From: Bacilli bacterium
Lineage (GTDB): Bacteria; Bacillota_I; Bacilli_A; RF39; UBA660
Direction: 5' to 3'
DNA: 64,000 nt
Assembly (NCBI GenBank): GCA_017484065.1
Contig: JAFUTX010000017.1
Coordinates: 430 to 64,429, forward strand
Shown piece by piece: positions 1 to 7,508 of the stretch. Numbering within the stretch: the stretch's first letter is position 1; each line of letters opens with the position of its first letter. A program made the translations under genes and the position numbers. A model generated the notes under the pieces. That model saw nothing but the letters and a program-made list of their open reading frames with translations, was not told the origin of the DNA and made no database searches.

Positions 1-108
1 ATAAAGGACTGGGCGAAGACCGAAAGCATTGTACGGGTCGCCGTAGCCGTTGACAAGGCCACTGGGATACACGGAAGCCACGTAGCCGGAGGCATCAGCA
101 CGCGGAGT
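1..108 (-). other. A-depleted, GC-rich last ~36 visible codons of the CDS; candidate DGR variable region
   Basis: By my count this stretch is ~59% G+C with only ~13% A on the coding strand. Codons are CTT/CGC/GTC/CCG/GGC/GCC/TCC rather than the TTA/AGA/GTA/GGT-type codons used in the rest of the gene. There is a run of NNC codons (GCC TCC GGC TAC .. GTC AAC GGC TAC GGC GAC). The peptide is WLMTPRADASGYVASVYPSGLVNGYGDPYNAFGLRPVLY. Confidence 0.4.
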
Positions 109-1527
109 CATTAACCATTGATACCAACCATCATATAAATAATTATTACCTCTACAGAACGTTCTATCACCTTGGCTCCAAGTATATAATGCATAACTAT
201 CACATAAAGCTTTATTACTAGTTGATCCACCACTTGTTGCATAACCATAATCACTTGGATACATCATACCAAATGGCCCCGTCCAAGTAAGTGGATTATA
301 ATTATTTATTGCTTGGTTAGTTCTTTCTGCTTCATACCATTTTGAAGATATCATTGTTTGATAAAAATATTGGTCACCACTTGTTGCATTATATCCACCT
401 AAATAATATGTTGCATCATCTACCAGATTTTTACTATTAACATTCATTCCACTTCCGACAAAATTCACATCTAATCTTTCCATATACCAATTTGTACTAC
501 CATTGAAATTTTCATATACTAAATTATTATATGAACTATCATAAGTACTATTATAGTAAGCACCTAATACTTTCTTTGCATCTGATGTTTCCCAGTTATT
601 GTTATAAATATAGGAACTACAAGCTTTTGTTTCCCAATTTATATTGCTATCTCTACAAGCTTCACTATATGAGTATCTACCTATATTTTCATTTCTTATT
701 ATTTTTACTCTAGACTCACCAGTCCCATCATCAGTTGATGAACCCGTAACATTGTTCATAACACCTATTATTCGCCATAGTTCATTATTAAACTTAACAT
801 AGTTTTTAGGGTTACTACCCATATATCTTAAGTTATTATCACTTGTTCCATCATAATACATTTCATCAGTATTATTTGAAACTATACTAGTAAGATAAGT
901 TACTGCATTTACTGGATTAAAGTTCTTAAGTTCTCCATATACGGTTACTTTACCTTCCCAAGCCTTATCCATCTCTGTTTTCGGAGCATCTTCATCTATC
1001 CATACTCTTAATGTAAAAGTTCTTCTTTCATTACCTGTTAAGAAACCACTATCTAAGATTCTTGTATCATAAGCTTCATTATTTAATAAAGTAGATGTAG
1101 ATTCATAACTATTTATTGGGTTTATCCCATTATCGTCAATTACTGCATCTAAATATGTTAAATCAAATCTATCAGAACTAGCTACACTAGTTAAACTTTC
1201 TAGATTAATATTATAAGCTATATAGCTATCACAACCATTTACTAATGTAAAAGTATAACCATCTAATTCCATTCCTTCTCTATCAAGAATTGGAAAAGCA
1301 TCTTCTAAAACTATAGCATCTCCTTCAGTATTTCTATCTATTTCTAATGATATACATGTACTTGCTACTTCATTTTTACCATTTTGTGTTCTTACTCTAA
1401 TCCATAAAGCTAAAGTTGTACCTATCATTAATAAAAGTATAAAAATAATTATTAAGCCTCTTTTTACGTTTTGGGTTATCTTTCTATGAAAAATACCCCC
1501 CCCCCGAATGTTTGTTTGATAATCCAT
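1..1527 (-). CDS. Membrane-anchored surface protein with its C-terminus cut by the window edge (509 codons visible). It carries an in-frame G10 tract and is a paralog of 53516..54772.
   Basis: Absent from the supplied ORF track because there is no stop inside the window. My own minus-strand translation finds GAAAGGTG, 11 nt, then ATG at 1527..1525. The product begins MDYQTNIRGGGIFHRKITQNVKRGLIIIFILLLMIGTTLALW. The frame stays open for exactly 509 codons down to position 1. Residues ~60-190 align by eye with the 53516..54772 product (C-x-L, YTF, N-x-C, WIDEDxP). Confidence 0.8.
   Translation of the reverse strand, partial: MDYQTNIRGGGIFHRKITQNVKRGLIIIFILLLMIGTTLALWIRVRTQNGKNEVASTCISLEIDRNTEGDAIVLEDAFPILDREGMELDGYTFTLVNGCDSYIAYNINLESLTSVASSDRFDLTYLDAVIDDNGINPINSYESTSTLLNNEAYDTRILDSGFLTGNERRTFTLRVWIDEDAPKTEMDKAWEGKVTVYGELKNFNPVNAVTYLTSIVSNNTDEMYYDGTSDNNLRYMGSNPKNYVKFNNELWRIIGVMNNVTGSSTDDGTGESRVKIIRNENIGRYSYSEACRDSNINWETKACSSYIYNNNWETSDAKKVLGAYYNSTYDSSYNNLVYENFNGSTNWYMERLDVNFVGSGMNVNSKNLVDDATYYLGGYNATSGDQYFYQTMISSKWYEAERTNQAINNYNPLTWTGPFGMMYPSDYGYATSGGSTSNKALCDSYALYTWSQGDRTFCRGNNYLYDGWYQWLMTPRADASGYVASVYPSGLVNGYGDPYNAFGLRPVLY
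1496..1505 (-). repeat. Homopolymeric G10 tract (C10 on the + strand) in codons 8-11 of the CDS; candidate slipped-strand phase-variation switch
   Basis: Read directly: ATT CGG GGG GGG GGT ATT. G10 keeps the frame open. G9 gives a stop at TAA after 6 more codons. G11 gives a stop at TAG after 4 more codons. Confidence 0.9.
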
Positions 1528-1994
1528 TTTTTTAACAACACCTTTCGTATTTCTATTCTATCTAAACTAATTTTATCACAATTAATTATACTATTTCAAG
1601 TTATTTATAACCAAGTTTGTTTATAATAACACTAGATGACATTATAAGTTATATTTGTTAACAAAAAAGTTTGACATTTACATTTACTACCCTAGGAACA
1701 ATATAATAAATATCTGTAATTAAATCCTTGTATGACTTTCCTTTATCCAATAATCGTTCAAATAATTTATCATAACAAAAAATTTGAATATTATGTTCAT
1801 TTATATATCCATGATTAAATAGTTCTAATGTAAGTATATTATGTTATTCAGGAAAAAAGATGTATGGGTTATACATCTTTATAGGTTAAGCATCAATTAT
1901 TTACTAGCTCCCACATATTTTGGAAAAAAATATAGTTGCAATCCCATTAACTTTAGATGATGTGTTAAGACTATAAAAAAAATAAAAAATAGCA

Positions 1995-2023
1995 TTGACA
2001 AACAAATGTATGTATAGTAATAT
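1995..2023 (+). promoter_or_regulatory. Sigma-70-like promoter for tnpB
   Basis: TTGACA (1995..2000), a 17-nt spacer, then TAATAT (2018..2023). Confidence 0.45.
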
Positions 2024-2100
2024 TTACTTATGAGCAATAGTATTTTAACTCATAGATATAAAATCTTTATTAATATTATAGAAAATCAGGGGTGATTTTT

Positions 2101-3201
2101 GTGTTAAAAACATATAAATATAGAATATATCCTAATAGTGTTCAAAAAGAACAAATAGTTAAAACATTTGGATGTTGTAGATTTGTTTATAATGTATTAC
2201 TATCATACCGTATAGAAAAATATAAGAATAATAATGTCAATATGAGTAAAATTGATTGTAATAATTATTGCAATAGAGTTTTAAAAGAAGAATATCAATG
2301 GTTAAAAGAAGTAGATAAATTTGCTCTTACTAATTCTATATATAATATGGATAACGCTTTTATTAACTTTTTTAAAGGTAATTGTAAATATCCTAAATTT
2401 AAAAAGAAACATAGTGATCATAAATCATATACAACTAATTATACTAATAATAATATAGTTGTAGATTTTGATAAAAATATAATAAAACTACCTAAATTAA
2501 AAAGTGTTAAAGCAGTTGTTCACAGAAAATTTAATGGTAACATTAAAAATGCTACTATAACACAAACTCCAACTGGTAAATATTTTGCATCAATATTAGT
2601 TGATACCAATATTGATACATTACCTAGGATAACTAAGACTATAGGAATAGATCTAGGAATAAAAGATTTAGTTATAACATCAAATGGAGATACTTATGAA
2701 AATATAAAACCATTAAACAAATTAAAAGAAAAATTAATTATGCATCAAAGAAGACTTTCAAAAAAAGTTAAAGGAAGTAGTAATTATAAAAAAGAAAAAT
2801 TAAAGATAGCATTACTCCACGAAAAGATACATAATACAAGATGTGATTACTTACATAAGATAAGTAGCAGAATAGTAAACGAAAACCAAGTTATTATTAC
2901 TGAAGACTTACAAATTAAAAATATGATAAAGAATCACAATTTATCATCAAGTATTATAGATGCATCATGGAGTATATTGTCAAACCAATTAGAGTATAAA
3001 TCAAGATGGTATGGAAGACAATATGTAAAAGTAGATAAATTCTACGCTAGTAGTCAAATATGTAGCAGCTGTGGTTATAAGAACAGTGATATAAAAGATT
3101 TATCTATAAGAGAATGGATCTGTCCAAATTGTGGCAAAGAACATAACCGTGATATAAATGCTGCTATAAACATACTACATCAAGGATTACAACTAGTATA
3201 A
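2101..3201 (+). CDS. tnpB: TnpB (OrfB_IS605) RNA-guided nuclease
   Basis: N-terminus is [18 protein letters not shown]. RuvC motifs are [14 protein letters not shown] and [11 protein letters not shown] zinc ribbon is present ([16 protein letters not shown]). The start is probably GTG at 2101, after AGGGGTG; the track starts at 2092. Confidence 0.9.
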   Translation: MLKTYKYRIYPNSVQKEQIVKTFGCCRFVYNVLLSYRIEKYKNNNVNMSKIDCNNYCNRVLKEEYQWLKEVDKFALTNSIYNMDNAFINFFKGNCKYPKFKKKHSDHKSYTTNYTNNNIVVDFDKNIIKLPKLKSVKAVVHRKFNGNIKNATITQTPTGKYFASILVDTNIDTLPRITKTIGIDLGIKDLVITSNGDTYENIKPLNKLKEKLIMHQRRLSKKVKGSSNYKKEKLKIALLHEKIHNTRCDYLHKISSRIVNENQVIITEDLQIKNMIKNHNLSSSIIDASWSILSNQLEYKSRWYGRQYVKVDKFYASSQICSSCGYKNSDIKDLSIREWICPNCGKEHNRDINAAINILHQGLQLV

Positions 3202-3304
3202 TAAAAAATATATAGGGATGGAACAGCCCGAATTCAAGCCTGTGGAGAAAGTAGGTTACGAAGTCTATGAAGCAGGAAGCCCATAAACTTTAAGCTATGG
3301 GTAG
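3202..3304 (+). ncRNA. Non-coding part of the TnpB omega-RNA scaffold / IS right end
   Basis: A locally GC-rich tail lies directly 3' of tnpB and ends in the hairpin at 3280..3301. In characterised TnpB elements the guide RNA derives from the tnpB 3' end plus the right end. Confidence 0.5.
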
Positions 3305-3305
3305 T

Positions 3306-3728
3306 TCACCTTCCAAATCCTAATATTAATTGGAAAATATTAGGGAATAATACTAAACCAGCAATGAATCCAGTACTTTTTCCAAATGATTTACCAAGTT
3401 TAACAGCCATCATAATTGCTAATACTAAACCATAAATACCACTTACAGCATTAGTAACGTTTTCTTTGTTTATGAAGCCAGCTATAAATCCTAATACTAG
3501 AGGTAAAATAATAACAAACTTCCAAAAAGATAAACCAATTATTTTACATAAAATGTAAACATTATAAATTGGAATTAATGCTTTCCATCCAGCTTCTCCA
3601 GCTTTAGTAAATATTTTCCATTCAGCAATAACAGTTAAAACATAAAATATAATAACTCCTACCACAACTGCTACTAAAGCTCCACCTACTATACCGCCAG
3701 CAAGTGATAATGCTTCTGTATCACTCAT
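3306..3728 (-). CDS. Small multi-pass membrane protein (DUF5684-like, family name from memory); paralog of 30664..31161
   Basis: Motifs shared with the paralog are GWKALIPIYN / GWAAIIPIYN and GKSFGKSTGFIAGLVLFP / ARSFGKSDGYAAGLILLP. The likely start is ATG at 3728, after AAAGGAG. Confidence 0.6.
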   Translation of the reverse strand: MSDTEALSLAGGIVGGALVAVVVGVIIFYVLTVIAEWKIFTKAGEAGWKALIPIYNVYILCKIIGLSFWKFVIILPLVLGFIAGFINKENVTNAVSGIYGLVLAIMMAVKLGKSFGKSTGFIAGLVLFPNIFQLILGFGR

Positions 3729-3817
3729 AAAGCACACTCCTTTCACCAATTTGACATGATTATAATACTTAATAAAAAATGCAAGAATTAATATTAATAT
3801 TTCTAGTTAAAATTCGT

Positions 3818-3849
3818 CAAAAAAAGATATTGCAATGAGTGAATATCTT
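3818..3849 (-). terminator. Intrinsic terminator for the toxin-like mRNA
   Basis: The minus strand reads AAGATAT-N12-ATATCTT followed by a U-run (the + strand A-run from 3818). Confidence 0.5.
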
Positions 3850-3858
3850 TTATATAAT
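3830..3858 (+). promoter_or_regulatory. Promoter of the antisense small RNA
   Basis: TTGCAA (3830..3835), a 17-nt spacer, then TATAAT (3853..3858). Confidence 0.6.
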
Positions 3859-3864
3859 TAAATT

Positions 3865-3928
3865 AGTAGAACGTTTAGGTTTCAACTAGACGGCTACTCT
3901 GGTTGACCATCTAATCTAGATGGTTTTT
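3865..3928 (+). ncRNA. Candidate antitoxin sRNA, antisense to the 3' end and 3' UTR of the toxin-like mRNA
   Basis: It starts just after the promoter above. It ends in the hairpin ACCATCTA-atc-TAGATGGT (3906..3924) followed by T4-5. It contains no ORF with an SD. Confidence 0.5.
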
Positions 3929-3996
3929 GCAATTAATAGGATAATTATAGCTAGTAGTGCAATCTCTAGCAACTTATGATAGATTTTATCGCTCAT
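3916..3996 (-). CDS. 26-aa hydrophobic peptide MSDKIYHKLLEIALLAIIILLIAKTI; candidate type I toxin
   Basis: Strong SD, GAGAGGAGGG, then 5 nt, then ATG (3996..3994). The peptide is a single predicted TM helix with flanking Lys residues. The stop lies inside the sRNA terminator hairpin. It is too short for the ORF track. Confidence 0.5.
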   Translation of the reverse strand: MSDKIYHKLLEIALLAIIILLIAKTI

Positions 3997-4084
3997 AAGT
4001 ATCCCTCCTCTCATCAAGTAAAGTTAAGTATTACCAAAACTGCCCTGAATAAGAGTAACCATCAACTAAACGTTCTGATGCTTT

Positions 4085-4112
4085 ATTATAAGTATAAAAA
4101 TCTAAATTTCAA
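4085..4112 (-). promoter_or_regulatory. Promoter of the toxin-like mRNA
   Basis: The minus strand reads TTGAAA (4112..4107), a 16-nt spacer, then TATAAT (4090..4085). Confidence 0.5.
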
Positions 4113-4160
4113 GCGATTTGACAAATGATGCCAAAACTTGTCAAAACCCCATTCTAAAAC

Positions 4161-4186
4161 AAAAAATGAGCAAAATTACTTGCTCG
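4161..4186 (-). terminator. Intrinsic terminator overlapping the stop of 4176..4445
   Basis: The minus strand reads GAGCAA-gtaatt-TTGCTC followed by ATTTTTTG. Confidence 0.65.
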
Positions 4187-4445
4187 TTTTTTCGATATAT
4201 TCTTTTAATTCTCTATAATAAATATAGCTGCCTATTACAAATGATATTAGTGTTGCCATATTAAAATAGAATAATACAATTTTAAAATGCCAATCTAAAA
4301 ATGCTAATGTTAATACTGATACATCAATTAAGAAAAAACAAAAGAATACTATATAGCATAATACAAACATTATCTTACCATAAGTAGTACTAGAAAATTC
4401 TCTTATTTTTTTACCTAATTTTTTACTATTTAGTTTATATATCAT
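4176..4445 (-). CDS. Hypothetical small membrane protein (2 TM)
   Basis: ORF with two hydrophobic segments. I recognise no family. Confidence 0.5.
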   Translation of the reverse strand: MIYKLNSKKLGKKIREFSSTTYGKIMFVLCYIVFFCFFLIDVSVLTLAFLDWHFKIVLFYFNMATLISFVIGSYIYYRELKEYIEKTSK

Positions 4446-4455
4446 AAAATCATCC

Positions 4456-5148
4456 CTACTTCTTAGATTGAACTAATGTTATAGCTATTAATATAAACAC
4501 AATAATTCCTAAAATTATTATTATATAATTAATACTTTTTGGATTGTTAACCGCTTCATTAACTACTGATGCTGTCAAAAAGTAATCACTACAATGTTCA
4601 ATATCAAATTCAACATAGCCATTATTTACTTTAATATCTTTATCAATAAATTCAATTTGATTTAATTCAGGATTATAATAATATAAATATAATTCGTCTC
4701 CATCTTTAAACCTATTGTTAACATTAATCTTTATTTTAGCACTAGTTGGTAAATCACCATGATAATCAAATGATACAATTAACTTATTTTCATTAACCAT
4801 ATGATTAATATTATTAGTCACATTAGTGATTGCATCAATATTTAATCTTAAATTAATATCCATTTCAATAGTTTGATTTAATGGTACATTGCTTTTATTC
4901 TCATCTTTATTGAACGTCCAACTATAAGCTAGGTTTCTTTCGTAATCAACTACATTATAGGTAATATCATTTTTACCTTCTGTTTTAAATATTTTATAAT
5001 CGCCATTATTAGCTTCTACTTCTTCACTTACTTTACCTAATAAACTAATAGATGAGTCTTGTTTATCAATGTACTTATATAAAAGTATACTAATTGATAA
5101 AGAAAAAGTAATAAACAACAATAAACCACCAATAATACCCTTTTTCAT
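4456..5148 (-). CDS. Hypothetical exported protein with an N-terminal signal/anchor and a C-terminal TM anchor
   Basis: The N-terminus is MKKGIIGGLLLFITFSLSISILL. The C-terminus is IIIILGIIVFILIAITLVQSKK. Confidence 0.55.
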   Translation of the reverse strand: MKKGIIGGLLLFITFSLSISILLYKYIDKQDSSISLLGKVSEEVEANNGDYKIFKTEGKNDITYNVVDYERNLAYSWTFNKDENKSNVPLNQTIEMDINLRLNIDAITNVTNNINHMVNENKLIVSFDYHGDLPTSAKIKINVNNRFKDGDELYLYYYNPELNQIEFIDKDIKVNNGYVEFDIEHCSDYFLTASVVNEAVNNPKSINYIIIILGIIVFILIAITLVQSKK

Positions 5149-5180
5149 AAAGACTCCTTTCTATTATTTTATTTTAACCA

Positions 5181-5840
5181 TTATATGAATAATAATACTG
5201 GTATTAGATTATAAGCAAATTTAATAAGCATTAATAATACAATATTTCTGTTGCCGCGTACGTATGCTGTTGAGAAAAACAATGCTGGTATAAAATAAAC
5301 TAATAAATCTATAAAAATATATTCACTGTTATCCATAAACACAAAATGCATAGCAGTATAAATTAAAGAACTAATAATAATGTATAAAATATTATTATCC
5401 ACTACATCACTAATTGATTCTCTAAATAATATTTCTTCTGCAACTACACCAAATATTAAAGTTTTAAAAATCATATATCCCTTTGATAAATTCCATAAAG
5501 CTTCAGTATTACTATCAGTACCATCTGGCACCTTTAAAACATATTCAGTAAATGCCCCCATAACAATGTTCAAAACAAATATAAGAGCAACCCAAAACAA
5601 AATTCTTTTAATTACTTTACTTACTTTTACTTTCTTTAAATTCTTTATATCATTTTTAACATTCTTATAATACATAAGTACAATAAATATTAAAAACAAT
5701 AAATCAGAAACAAACATAGTAATAACATCATTTTTTATTCCTAAAGACTTTCCAATATTTAGTGAGTACATTGAATATACAAAGTACACAAAGAAACAAA
5801 TAACTGCTTTCAATAAATTTTGCGTTTTATCTTTTTTCAT
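5181..5840 (-). CDS. CPBP-family intramembrane glutamic protease (CAAX/Abi-like)
   Basis: Multi-pass membrane protein with an EEILFRE motif and a later TAMHF motif. The likely start is ATG at 5840, after ATAGGTG. Confidence 0.7.
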   Translation of the reverse strand: MKKDKTQNLLKAVICFFVYFVYSMYSLNIGKSLGIKNDVITMFVSDLLFLIFIVLMYYKNVKNDIKNLKKVKVSKVIKRILFWVALIFVLNIVMGAFTEYVLKVPDGTDSNTEALWNLSKGYMIFKTLIFGVVAEEILFRESISDVVDNNILYIIISSLIYTAMHFVFMDNSEYIFIDLLVYFIPALFFSTAYVRGNRNIVLLMLIKFAYNLIPVLLFI

Positions 5841-6113
5841 AAACAACACCTATCTTTCACTTAAATTATAACATAGTGTTATTTTTTGTATACAAAAAAT
5901 TTAAGTGATTGACTGATGGTTGACAATAGTAAAGACCTTTTATACAAAAGGTCTCGCTTTACTAGTGTGAAATCTTCTTAATTAGAAGAATCTTTTTAAC
6001 CATCTTAACATGTGAACATATCTCCTTTCCATTATTATTGTACTATAATTATAACACAATTTTTGTCGAATGGATGCATAACCATATTTCGCGTGTCAAT
6101 TGACAGTAAAATT

Positions 6114-6365
6114 TTACTTTATTTTTAAACGAACTACAGTCATTCCGGTGTTCCACGGATGAATATAGTATTCTATAACATTCTTATTACTTTTTAATAC
6201 TTCATGAGTCTTTCTGGTCATTAATCCCGTACTTTTGCCATGTACTATAGCTATATATTCATTTTTCATTTTAATATTATCATTAATAAAATCATTGATT
6301 AAAGTAGCAGCTAAACTACAATACTCTCCGTGTAAATCTAAAGTTGGAGATTTACTAGTAAACAT
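6114..6365 (-). CDS. Smr-domain protein
   Basis: LDLHG and VHGKSTG motifs. The start overlaps the stop of the upstream kinase gene. Confidence 0.7.
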   Translation of the reverse strand: MFTSKSPTLDLHGEYCSLAATLINDFINDNIKMKNEYIAIVHGKSTGLMTRKTHEVLKSNKNVIEYYIHPWNTGMTVVRLKIK

Positions 6366-7438
6366 TATAACATCTCTTCACTTTGATTAGGATTAGGATA
6401 AGTTCCATTATTAGCCATTGGTTGATTCATTTGATTTTGATTAAATTGTTGATTGTTTTGTGGTGAGGACTGACTTTGCATCATTCCTCCAGGCGTTGGT
6501 TGATTAGCTGGAGCTTGATTGTTAAAATTATTCATTGGATTTAGTTTTTGGTTATAAGTAGATATAACATCATTTAAACTTGGAATTGAAGCACTACCAC
6601 CTATTTTTGTAACCGATAAACCTGCAGCGATATTAGCATAAGTTACACTTTTTTCAAAATCAAAACCATTAGCAATACCATATACAAATGCTCCATGGAA
6701 AATATCACTTGCACCAGTAGTATCAACCGCTTCCATTTTTAATCCTGGCATCACTTTTATTTGTTTGTTATTACAATAAAGTGCTCCACCGCCACCTAAA
6801 GTAACAATTACTTCAGAATTAGTAAATCTATTCTTTAAACTATTATATACTGCTACCAAAGTTTGAGTATTATTATAATCAATCTTAGTTTTAGAGACTT
6901 CTTCTGCAAATTCACGAGATGCAATAACATAATTACTATATTTACATAATTCAATAATATCTTTTGTAGCGCGATTAGCATCACAAATCTTAATCGCATT
7001 ACCGTACTTATTCATTGCAAAACGACTAGCACTATAATCATGACCATCCATAAATATAATATCTGGTGTTATTAAGTATTCATACTTTTTAATAAAATTA
7101 GTTTCATTACCAACATTTAATGTTGTCCTTTTACCATTTGGCGTAACAATAATCATAGATAATGATGTAAGCAATTCATAGTTAGTCTCTAAATATTTAG
7201 TGCTTACATTAGCTTCTTCTAATACTTTTTTTATTGTATTACCAAAATTATCAGATCCGATTACGCCTGAAAAATAAGTTTCAAGACCCCATCTACCTAA
7301 TAAAATAGATACAATACAAGCAGGACCTCCTACTCCTTCAACTTTTTCAGTAAAACGGTTTTTACTATTTTCTCTTGGATATTCATTAGTTGGACAGCTA
7401 ATATCATAAGTACAATGTCCAATACTTAATATAGTCAT
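6365..7438 (-). CDS. PfkB-family carbohydrate/nucleoside kinase with a ~60-aa Q/N/P-rich C-terminal tail
   Basis: The ribokinase-like signature VDTTGASDIFHGAF and a GGGGA loop are present. The tail reads NQKLNPMNNFNNQAPANQPTPGGMMQSQSSPQNNQQFNQNQMNQPMANNGTYPNPNQ. The likely start is ATG at 7438. Confidence 0.75.
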   Translation of the reverse strand: MTILSIGHCTYDISCPTNEYPRENSKNRFTEKVEGVGGPACIVSILLGRWGLETYFSGVIGSDNFGNTIKKVLEEANVSTKYLETNYELLTSLSMIIVTPNGKRTTLNVGNETNFIKKYEYLITPDIIFMDGHDYSASRFAMNKYGNAIKICDANRATKDIIELCKYSNYVIASREFAEEVSKTKIDYNNTQTLVAVYNSLKNRFTNSEVIVTLGGGGALYCNNKQIKVMPGLKMEAVDTTGASDIFHGAFVYGIANGFDFEKSVTYANIAAGLSVTKIGGSASIPSLNDVISTYNQKLNPMNNFNNQAPANQPTPGGMMQSQSSPQNNQQFNQNQMNQPMANNGTYPNPNQSEEML

Positions 7439-7508
7439 TTCCTTCACCTTTTCTTATTCTAAAAATATTATACACTATAATTTTAATAAAATAAAATATA
7501 TTTTTTAT

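Larger units (their letters stand above)
1900..3304 (+). mobile_element. IS200/IS605-family element carrying only tnpB (no tnpA); the left boundary is approximate
   Basis: The tnpB ORF is followed by a GC-rich non-coding tail that ends in the hairpin CCCATA-N10-TATGGG (3280..3301). A related sequence sits upstream at 1943..1964 (cccattaactttagatgatgtg), matching 16 of 22 positions by eye. This is consistent with left-end and right-end subterminal structures. Confidence 0.55.

Noticed and set aside
1-108. GC-rich left edge as an rRNA/tRNA fragment or a non-coding island
   Set aside because: It continues the long minus-strand reading frame without interruption and encodes a sensible C-terminal motif, so it is coding. 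Assembly chimera or recombination with foreign DNA remains an alternative to the DGR idea and is stated in the finding.
1660-1830. 57-codon minus-strand open frame (..LELFNHGYINEHNIQIFCYDKLFERLLDKGKSYKDLITDIYYIVPRV..) with a palindrome (1853..1880) just upstream
   Set aside because: It has no start codon and no recognisable family. It is probably a gene remnant next to the IS element, and the evidence is too weak to annotate.
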